Source: Bacilli bacterium
Lineage (GTDB): Bacteria; Bacillota_I; Bacilli_A; RF39; UBA660
DNA length: 64,000 nt
Direction of reading: 5' to 3'
NCBI GenBank assembly: GCA_017477845.1
Contig: JAFUTR010000017.1
Coordinates: forward strand, 447-64,446
Shown here: positions 1-6,925 of the stretch, piece after piece
Layout of the letters: every line of letters starts with the position of its first letter
How positions within the stretch are numbered: position 1 is the first letter of the stretch
Translations under genes and position numbers: made by a program
Notes under the pieces: model-generated
Seen by the model: only the letters and a program-made list of their open reading frames with translations
What the model was told of the DNA's origin: nothing
Databases searched by the model: none

Positions 1-548
1 AATCCACCATTTTCATTTGCTAACTCTTCTAATTTTGTTAGTGATAATTTTTCTAGTTCCTCAACTGTTTTATGTGGTGTAACTATAATTTTAACATCAT
101 TAGCAGATCCACTATATTTTGTATCAATGTAGAATTCAATCCATTCATTTAAATAGAATGAAGAATTAATTCCTTCTTTGTTATATCCTTTTTCAACAAA
201 ATAATCGATTATTTCCATTGTTTTATCATCACCACGATATTCATGTCCATTACCAATTAAGATAATTCCATCAATAACAAAGTCAGTTTGTTTTGGATTT
301 CCTTCTTCATCTACAATTTGAGTTAATACTCCATCTCTGTAATCATATTCATATCCAGTATTATTTGTTGGTTTTTCATCTTTATTATCTGTTTTTTCTT
401 CTGTATTATTATTGTTTGTATTGTTATTATTTGTAGTTTCTTTATCTCTTAATAAGAAGAACCATACTGCAAATAATAGTAATAGGATTATGATAATTAT
501 TACAATTATTAATCCAATATTTGATTTTTTCTTTTCATTATTTTCCAT
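1..548 (-). CDS. hypothetical membrane-anchored protein (C-terminus outside window)
   Basis: Absent from the ORF track because it runs off the left edge. My translation from ATG at 548 (AGGAGG at 554-559) gives MENNEKKKSNIGLIIVIIIIILLLLFAVWFFLL (one TM helix), then an Asn/Thr-rich linker and a globular part. The frame is open to position 1. Confidence 0.6.
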   Translation of the reverse strand, partial: MENNEKKKSNIGLIIVIIIIILLLLFAVWFFLLRDKETTNNNNTNNNNTEEKTDNKDEKPTNNTGYEYDYRDGVLTQIVDEEGNPKQTDFVIDGIILIGNGHEYRGDDKTMEIIDYFVEKGYNKEGINSSFYLNEWIEFYIDTKYSGSANDVKIIVTPHKTVEELEKLSLTKLEELANENGG

Positions 549-571
549 TATTTCCTCCTAATTTATCCTTA

Positions 572-1102
572 TTATTTTTCAGGTGTTACAGTTATTCTAT
601 AACTTTCTGAATATGAAACACCAGCATAATCAAGTGGAGCATGTCCTCCAAAATATATTTTACATTTCTTTGAATTAATAGTAGCTCTAATCCATATTCC
701 AGACGCTTCAGTATCTGCTTTATCGTATTCTTCATCTAAATATAAATTATATACCTTACCATCATCAGCAATAGTCTTAAAATAATCTACTAAACTATTG
801 TGAAGTGCAATTTTATCTTCTTTACTATAAGACTTGTTTAAATATACATCTATTTCTAGATTTTCATTTGCCTCTTGATAATAACCATCAATCACATCAT
901 ATTCAACAGGTAATTTATCTAAATCAATCTTATATTTAGAAGCACTTGTTTTAGCTTCGTTAGTAATTGCTTTTTCTGACTTAGTCGAATTTTCTTTTTG
1001 ATTATTATTTGTGTTGTTGTTATTGTTTTCAGTTTTACCGCAACCTACAAGTGTAACGCACATTACTAATGCTAATACACCAATTAATAATTTCTTTTTC
1101 AT
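572..1102 (-). CDS. lipoprotein, unknown function
   Basis: N-terminus MKKKLLIGVLALVMCVTLVGCGK is a signal peptide plus lipobox (LVGC), followed by a poly-Asn linker. GGAGG lies at 1107-1111. Confidence 0.75.
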   Translation of the reverse strand: MKKKLLIGVLALVMCVTLVGCGKTENNNNNTNNNQKENSTKSEKAITNEAKTSASKYKIDLDKLPVEYDVIDGYYQEANENLEIDVYLNKSYSKEDKIALHNSLVDYFKTIADDGKVYNLYLDEEYDKADTEASGIWIRATINSKKCKIYFGGHAPLDYAGVSYSESYRITVTPEK

Positions 1103-1117
1103 TTTTCCTCCATTATC

Positions 1118-1609
1118 CTAATCTTCCTTAGGCTTTTCTACATCTTTTCCTAAAAGGATATCTCTTAAATGATAAGCGGAATCATTATCGTTTATGTCAT
1201 TAAAATCTACTGTAACACCATAATCCTTTACGGTTTCAACAGCTTTTTCTCCAAAACCAAACATGTAATGATTACAAATATATCCATGTTTTTCTACTTC
1301 CTGTGGCTTCTTACCAACTGTCTTATCTTGATAAAAATATGCCCTGTCAACAATCATTTTCATTGTTGCTCCACTTTCCACTGCTTTAGATTCAAGTTTG
1401 CTACCTTTTTTCTTATAGAATTTATCAGTCCAAGTACCATTTCCATAAGTCCCAACATAGTATTCTTGTTTCTTTCCATCATAATCAATAAAATACCAAA
1501 ACTTATTTCCTTGACCACCAATTCTATGATCTACAAAATCTTTATAACCAATAACAAATTCAAATCCATCATTCTCATTAACGAGATTCATAAATGATTC
1601 TGCATTCAT
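1118..1609 (-). CDS. hypothetical protein
   Basis: 163-aa ORF packed tightly with the lipoprotein gene. No signal peptide and no family recognised. Confidence 0.55.
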   Translation of the reverse strand: MNAESFMNLVNENDGFEFVIGYKDFVDHRIGGQGNKFWYFIDYDGKKQEYYVGTYGNGTWTDKFYKKKGSKLESKAVESGATMKMIVDRAYFYQDKTVGKKPQEVEKHGYICNHYMFGFGEKAVETVKDYGVTVDFNDINDNDSAYHLRDILLGKDVEKPKED

Positions 1610-1785
1610 ATTTTTATGATTTACCTCCTTTCAAATTATTAAACGATAAGTTTGTTTTTTTAATGTTTGTCACTTAACAGGCATTGTACGAAAGCAACAA
1701 AATGTTGTACAATTAAATTATACATTATGAACTTATTTTATCAAACAACAACGGATACACTATTTGTTGTATTGTAGGAGGAATT

Positions 1786-2352
1786 ATGAAGAAACAGCCA
1801 CAAATAACTGAAAAAACTAAAAATAATTTAATGACTAGTTTTTGGAATTTATATAAAAACAAAGATATCTCTAAAATAAAAATTAGTAATATTTGTGATA
1901 AAGCCAAATATGAAAGAACTACTTTTTATAGATATTTCAACGATATATCTGATATTCTTACACAATTAGAAGATGAAGTTATTAATAATCTAAAAAAGGA
2001 TATTAATAATAAAGGTACTCCCAATAACCATCAAGGAATACTCTGCGATGGGTTCAAAGATTTTACTAATAAGTATGGTGAATACATTGTATATTTTTAT
2101 TTAAAAGGTAATGTTAATTTTTACAATAAATTTAAAGACCTTGTAAAAACAGACGTATATGATTATTTAAAATTTAGTGTCAATGATGAAATAAAAAAAG
2201 ACTTTATTTTTGAGTTTCTATTTTCATCATTACTTAATCAATATTCATATTGGTATAGACATAAAAATGTAATGGCTCTTGAATCATTTGTTGAGTTATC
2301 TAATACTATTTTATCGAATGGTGTGAAATCTATTTTGGAATATAAAAAATAG
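1786..2352 (+). CDS. TetR/AcrR-family transcriptional regulator
   Basis: N-terminal HTH region (ISKIKISNICDKAKYERTTFYRYFNDISDIL) is typical of TetR_N. GGAGG precedes the ATG. It is divergent from the 1-1609 cluster. Confidence 0.75.
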   Translation: MKKQPQITEKTKNNLMTSFWNLYKNKDISKIKISNICDKAKYERTTFYRYFNDISDILTQLEDEVINNLKKDINNKGTPNNHQGILCDGFKDFTNKYGEYIVYFYLKGNVNFYNKFKDLVKTDVYDYLKFSVNDEIKKDFIFEFLFSSLLNQYSYWYRHKNVMALESFVELSNTILSNGVKSILEYKK

Positions 2353-2483
2353 ATTTTTTAATGCATAAATGATCGCAATATTACTATTTTACGAATTATA
2401 TATTCCCTTATTTTACCTTTTAAAAATATAATGATCTAAAACTGATCTAAAGTCTTTTTTTAAGTGTTTTTTAGAAAAAGAAA

Positions 2484-2521
2484 AACTCGTGTTTTCCTTT
2501 ATTTATAGGACTTTACGAGTT
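2484..2521 (-). terminator. intrinsic terminator attached to the orphan secA tail
   Basis: AACTCGT (2484-2490) pairs with ACGAGTT (2515-2521), with an inner TCCT/AGGA pairing. It is followed on the minus strand by a T-rich run (A-run 2474-2483 on plus) and overlaps the orphan stop codon at 2520-2522. Confidence 0.6.
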
Positions 2522-2563
2522 ATTTACCACAACATTGCTTATATTTACGACCACTGCCACATG
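2520..2563 (-). pseudogene. secA: displaced 3' end of secA (zinc-finger tail remnant)
   Basis: The minus-strand translation reads ..ACGSGRKYKQCCGK*, the SecA C-terminal zinc-binding motif. No secA body lies upstream of it. Compare the live secA tail [15 protein letters not shown] at 16685-16730. Confidence 0.65.
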
Positions 2564-2695
2564 CGAGCCAAATTAGTATATTTTCCATATTTATAGTATT
2601 ATGGATATTTCCTTTATTTTCAAGGGTTTGTGGACAGGTAATTTTTTGTATTTTTTGTACTATTTTTGCCATTTTTTATATAAAATATTCATCTA

Positions 2696-2715
2696 ATGTG
2701 CACAAAATGTGCACA
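2696..2715. repeat. left-arm tandem TGTGCACA palindromes (candidate integrase arm or regulator sites)
   Basis: ATGTGCACAAAATGTGCACA is identical to 16606-16625. The neighbouring CCTTTATTTTCAAGGG (2611-2626) resembles 16556-16570. Confidence 0.5.
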
Positions 2716-3061
2716 AATCCTAGCATATCCTATATTTTCTTTGTCATTTACATTATATATAATAATCAATATTTAAGCAAATCTATTTTTTGTTGTTGTA
2801 TATGTTTGAATTTTACTATTCTCAATTAATTAAATCTTGATACATCTCCATTAGTTTGGAAACGCATTCTGATTCAGTGGTTCTAATTCCAAAATTGTAT
2901 GCTTCCATAACTGCTTTGTCATTAAGTTGGTGAGCAGTTCTTAATTTTATCTTTTCTTTCTCTTTCTAAAGCCATTTAACACCCCTCACATGTAATTATA
3001 TCATAAAAAAAACAGATTTTTACATCTGCTTATTGTTCGTAATATCTTAATCTTTGCGATT

Positions 3062-3280
3062 TTAATATACTCTTTTATTTAAATCTATTGCATGTAATTG
3101 TAATTTAATTATTATTTGACTTATCTCACTATCAGAAAACCCTAATTGTTTTAGTTCTTTTCTTTTCATCTTCCATAAGTCTTTAATTATTCTTATATCT
3201 TTTTCTTTAAGTTTATTTATAATCTTATTGTTAAGTTGTAATTCCTCTATATTTTTTTCTAAAATCATAGTACATACCAT
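3062..3280 (-). CDS. stand-alone RNA polymerase alpha C-terminal-domain-like (helix-hairpin-helix) protein
   Basis: 72 aa. IEELQLNNKIINKLKEKDIRIIKDLWKMKRKELKQLGFSDSEISQIIIKLQLHAIDL follows the RpoA-CTD pattern IEELxLSxRxxNxLKxxxIxTxxDLxxxxxxELxxxxNxGxKSxxEI. Its ATG abuts the stop of the CarD-like gene. Confidence 0.55.
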   Translation of the reverse strand: MVCTMILEKNIEELQLNNKIINKLKEKDIRIIKDLWKMKRKELKQLGFSDSEISQIIIKLQLHAIDLNKRVY

Positions 3281-3775
3281 CTATTTAATTAATTCTTGAA
3301 CTTTATTGATGATATATTTTTTTGTTTCATCAAAAGTCATATTTAATGCTATTGATAATTCATTATACAAATATTGTTCAGCTTTATTGAAATAGTTTGA
3401 ATCTTTATCGCTTATTTTTTTCTTATTATTAATTCTTTCTTCATTTCTTAAATATGCGGTTTTAATTATCTTTATTAGATCTTCTTGAGTTCCATTATAA
3501 ATTAAGTCTTTATATGTATTTTCAATATATCTATCTTCAATGTTTTTTAGTGGTTCTATATTCGGAATATTATTTATAAGTTTTTCAGCTTCTTCTTTAC
3601 TAATAATATCTCTTATATAACCCATTCTATTATCAGCAGGAACATCAATTATTAATGAATCATCGTCTATTGGAACTAATATATAATAATCTAATCCATT
3701 CATTTTATTTTTCTTTACTTCTCTTACTTTGCATACATCCTTTTTGTATACTAAATAATCATTTGCCTTATACAT
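3281..3775 (-). CDS. CarD/CdnL-family RNA-polymerase-binding regulator
   Basis: 164 aa. The N-terminal region (YKANDYLVYKKDVCKVREV..YYILVP) resembles the CarD_CdnL_TRCF RNAP-interacting domain, and the helical C-terminal half and overall size fit the family. GGAGGG precedes the ATG. Confidence 0.7.
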   Translation of the reverse strand: MYKANDYLVYKKDVCKVREVKKNKMNGLDYYILVPIDDDSLIIDVPADNRMGYIRDIISKEEAEKLINNIPNIEPLKNIEDRYIENTYKDLIYNGTQEDLIKIIKTAYLRNEERINNKKKISDKDSNYFNKAEQYLYNELSIALNMTFDETKKYIINKVQELIK

Positions 3776-3800
3776 CTTATCCCTCCTTTAATTGTTTTAG

Positions 3801-3928
3801 AAAATAAAAATACGCAAGTCCTTATACAATCGGACTTACGCATTATTGCTACACTTGAATATAATTGACTTAAATATACCTCTTAACAATTAAATTATAT
3901 CACTTTTTTTATTATTTCGTAAGTTTAG
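3801..3928 (-). promoter_or_regulatory. promoter plus leader cassette, copy 1 (upstream of the CarD-like operon)
   Basis: On the minus strand: TTACGA (3917-3922), 17-bp spacer, TGaTATAAT (-10 at 3894-3899), a ~50-nt leader, then a terminator-like hairpin. About 130 bp is homologous to 5969-6100. Confidence 0.55.
3803..3841 (-). terminator. leader hairpin plus U-tract (attenuator or intercistronic terminator), copy 1
   Basis: RNA GCGUAAGUCC-GAUUGUAUAA-GGACUUGCGU forms a 10-bp stem (two G-U pairs) at 3812-3841, followed by AUUUUUAUUUU. It lies 36 nt before the CarD-like start codon. Confidence 0.6.
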
Positions 3929-3932
3929 AAAT

Positions 3933-5942
3933 TTATTTTTTATCTTCACTAAGAATAATATTTTTAATCATTTCAGCTGTTTCTTCAACTCCAAGTTTAT
4001 CTACATTAATAGCTAAATCATAATTTTCAAATGAATTCCAATTTTTATTAGTAAAATGATTATAATGCTTTGCTCTTTGTTTATTAATTTTATTTATTTC
4101 TTTTTCAGCTTTATTTTTATCTAAACCATAATACTTAACTACTCTTTTAATTTTTGATTCAATGTCTGAATATAAGAATATTTTAATAACATGTTTTCTA
4201 TTTCTTAAAACATAGTCAGCACATCTTCCTACTATAACACATGGTTCTTTCTTAGCTAACTCTTCTATTATTCTTGATTCTGATTCAAATAGTTTATCAT
4301 CATTTGTATAATAAATACTTGATTTAACACTTTGTTCTTCATTTTGTTCAATATAATTTTTATTAAATCCAAATTCTTTTGAAGTTAATTTAATAATCTC
4401 TTTATCATAGAAATTAATACCTAATTTTTCTGCTAATAACTTACCAACAAAATGTCCTCCAGATCCGTATTCTCGCGAAATAGTTATTACTACTTTATTA
4501 TTTAATAATGATTTGCCTAATTTTAATTTTTCATCTTCTATGATTGTTTCTTTTGTTAGATTATCCATCTGTTTAAATTCTTGCTTAAGTAAAATTACTC
4601 CTGTAATAAATGCTAATACATCAGCTATAATTGCACTCCATAACATTGTTACTACACTATGAGATAAATTAGCAATTATTATAATTGAAGGAACAAAGAA
4701 TATTACATCTCTTGCAAGAGCTAAAATTGTTGATTTTAAACTTGATCCCATTGATTGTAATAATATAGATATAGATTTAATTAGACAAGTTAATACTATT
4801 CCTCCTAAGAATATTCTTAAACAATAATATGCAAATTCCATATATTCAGTTCCATTACCGCTACCAAACATATTGATGATAAATCCAGGAAATAATTCAA
4901 ATATAACAAATGCTATGAATCCTATTATTAAATTAGTAATTAAAATATATTTAACTGTTTCTTTAACTCTTTTTGTATTTCCTGCTCCCATGTTATATCC
5001 AATAATAGGCATTCCACCTAGTGATACTCCAATTACTATTGATACTACTATTCCAAATACTTTCATGCAAATTCCTATAACTGCCAAAGGAATAACCGCT
5101 CCATAAGGAGCGCCAGTTGAAGCCATTGTCATATATCCATACTTACTTACTAGATTATTAGCTACAGCAATAATAACAACTATTGCAAGTTGGGTAATTA
5201 AAGAAGCAAGTCCTAAAGATATTGCTTTTAAACAAATACTTTTATCTAACTGCATTGATTCTTTATTAACTTTAAATTGTTTTGATTTTTTTAGATAATA
5301 AATACTAATTATGAATGTTAAAATTTGACCTATTATAGTTGCAATAGCTGCACCCTTAACACCCATTTTAAATACAAATATAAATATTGGATCAAGTATT
5401 ATATTAGATATTGCACCAACTATTGTTGCAACCATTGCATACTTTGGACTTCCATCATTTCTAATAGATGCATTTAATCCTTGACCAATAATATAAAATG
5501 GTAAACCATAACAAATTATTCTTAAATAATCTTTTGCATATTGATAACATTCAACTTCATTAGGATTACCACCAAAAATACCTAATATTTGTTTACTAAA
5601 TACTAATCCTATAACAGTTAAAACTATAGAAATAAATATTAAAAGGATTAACCCATTTCCTATAGACTTATTAGCCTTTTCTTTATCTTTTGCACCTAAA
5701 GATAAACTAAATAGTGCTGCTGATCCATCTCCAATTAATAAGGCAAATGCAAGTGATATAACAGTAAACGGATAAACTATATTAGTTGCTGCATTACCAA
5801 ATGCTCCAGCTTCACTCCAACCTATAAATATTTGATCCACAATATTATATAGTGCTGCAACTATCATGCTTATAACACATGGTATTGCAAATTTTTTAAT
5901 TAATTTAGGAATTCTTTCTTTTCCTAAATCTAGTTCTTTCAT
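3933..5942 (-). CDS. MATE-family efflux transporter fused to a C-terminal cytidylate-kinase-like (Cytidylate_kin2-type) domain
   Basis: 669 aa. The first ~450 aa are polytopic with MATE-like features (IPCVISMIVAALYNIVDQIFIG...). Residues ~480-669 (VVITISREYGSGGHFVGKLLAEKLGINFYDKEII...GRCADYVLR...) match the soluble cytidylate kinase-like family. Confidence 0.7.
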   Translation of the reverse strand: MKELDLGKERIPKLIKKFAIPCVISMIVAALYNIVDQIFIGWSEAGAFGNAATNIVYPFTVISLAFALLIGDGSAALFSLSLGAKDKEKANKSIGNGLILLIFISIVLTVIGLVFSKQILGIFGGNPNEVECYQYAKDYLRIICYGLPFYIIGQGLNASIRNDGSPKYAMVATIVGAISNIILDPIFIFVFKMGVKGAAIATIIGQILTFIISIYYLKKSKQFKVNKESMQLDKSICLKAISLGLASLITQLAIVVIIAVANNLVSKYGYMTMASTGAPYGAVIPLAVIGICMKVFGIVVSIVIGVSLGGMPIIGYNMGAGNTKRVKETVKYILITNLIIGFIAFVIFELFPGFIINMFGSGNGTEYMEFAYYCLRIFLGGIVLTCLIKSISILLQSMGSSLKSTILALARDVIFFVPSIIIIANLSHSVVTMLWSAIIADVLAFITGVILLKQEFKQMDNLTKETIIEDEKLKLGKSLLNNKVVITISREYGSGGHFVGKLLAEKLGINFYDKEIIKLTSKEFGFNKNYIEQNEEQSVKSSIYYTNDDKLFESESRIIEELAKKEPCVIVGRCADYVLRNRKHVIKIFLYSDIESKIKRVVKYYGLDKNKAEKEINKINKQRAKHYNHFTNKNWNSFENYDLAINVDKLGVEETAEMIKNIILSEDKK

Positions 5943-5968
5943 AAACTATACCTCCACAATTATTTTTG

Positions 5969-6100
5969 AGCATAAAAATACGCAAGTCCTGGTACAATTG
6001 GACTTACGCATTAATGCTACTCATTGACTATAATTGACTTAGTATATTTTTTCTCAACGAAGTAAATTATATCACAAATTTAAAGTTTTCGTAAGTTTGA
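5969..6100 (-). promoter_or_regulatory. promoter plus leader cassette, copy 2 (upstream of the MATE fusion gene)
   Basis: On the minus strand: TTACGA (6089-6094), 17-bp spacer, TGaTATAAT (-10 at 6066-6071), leader, hairpin. It is homologous to 3801-3928. The promoter hexamers are conserved while the spacer sequence differs. Confidence 0.55.
5971..6009 (-). terminator. leader hairpin plus U-tract, copy 2
   Basis: RNA GCGUAAGUCC-AAUUGUACCA-GGACUUGCGU (5980-6009) followed by AUUUUUAU. It lies 37 nt before the MATE start codon. Confidence 0.6.
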
Positions 6101-6139
6101 TTTAAATTTTTAGCATAATGTCTTAATCTTCCGATTAGT

Positions 6140-6916
6140 TTAACCTAATGCCACGTCAAGAATCATCATTATAATGAATCCAAATGAAAAACCTAGTGTT
6201 CCTAAATTAGAATGTTTACCTACTTGAGATTCTGGTATTAATTCTTCTACTACTACATATATCATTGCTCCTGCAGCAAATGATAATAAATAAGGTAGTA
6301 TAGGAACTACTAACGAAGTTAATATAATTGTTATTCCTCCAAAGATTGGTTCTACAATACCAGATAATGTTCCATATAAGAATGATTTACTTTTAGAATT
6401 ACCCTCCTCTTTTAATGGCATTGATATTATTGCTCCTTCAGGGAAATTTTGAATAGCAATACCTATTGATAATGCAATTGCCCCAGCAATTGTAATAGTG
6501 CTATTACCACTAATTGCACCTGCTAGTGCTACTCCAACTGCCATTCCTTCTGGGATATTATGTAGTGTTACTGCTAAGACCATCATTGTTGATTTTCCTA
6601 GATTTGATTTCATTCCTTCCGGCTCTTTACTTTTAACGTGTAAGTGAGGAATTATATTGTCTAATATAAGTAAGAATATTATACCTAATATAAAGCCAAT
6701 TGTTGCTGGTAGCCAAGCTATTATATTTTGTTCTTTTGCCATATCAATTGACGGAATAATTAAAGACCAAACTGAAGCTGCCACCATCACTCCTGATGCA
6801 AATCCTAATAATACTTTTTCAACTTTTTCATTTAATTTGTTTTTCATTAGGAATACCATTGCTGATCCTAATGTTGTTCCTATAAAGGGAATAATTAGCC
6901 CAAGAAATAGATTCAT
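6140..6916 (-). CDS. ZIP-family (ZupT-like) divalent metal transporter
   Basis: 258 aa, polytopic. Motifs HNIPEGMAVG and QNFPEGAI are typical of ZupT/ZIP. It follows the permease gene after 9 bp. Confidence 0.8.
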   Translation of the reverse strand: MNLFLGLIIPFIGTTLGSAMVFLMKNKLNEKVEKVLLGFASGVMVAASVWSLIIPSIDMAKEQNIIAWLPATIGFILGIIFLLILDNIIPHLHVKSKEPEGMKSNLGKSTMMVLAVTLHNIPEGMAVGVALAGAISGNSTITIAGAIALSIGIAIQNFPEGAIISMPLKEEGNSKSKSFLYGTLSGIVEPIFGGITIILTSLVVPILPYLLSFAAGAMIYVVVEELIPESQVGKHSNLGTLGFSFGFIIMMILDVALG

Positions 6917-6925
6917 TATATCACC

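Noticed and set aside
2822-2975. Small minus-strand ORF in the island's left arm. It has a good RBS (GAGGGG) and starts MALERERKDKIKN. It continues only after a +1 shift as ..TAHQLNDKAVMEAYNFGIRTTESECVSKLMEMYQDLIN*.
   Set aside because: It needs a frameshift to give a ~51-aa product, and I recognise no family. It could be a decayed small gene, but the evidence is too weak to call.
6004-6024. Six-codon leader peptide (MSSINA*) overlapping the 5' arm of the copy-2 hairpin, which would suggest ribosome-mediated attenuation.
   Set aside because: It has no Shine-Dalgarno sequence, and the ORF is not conserved in copy 1 (3801-3928). A leader-peptide mechanism is therefore unlikely.
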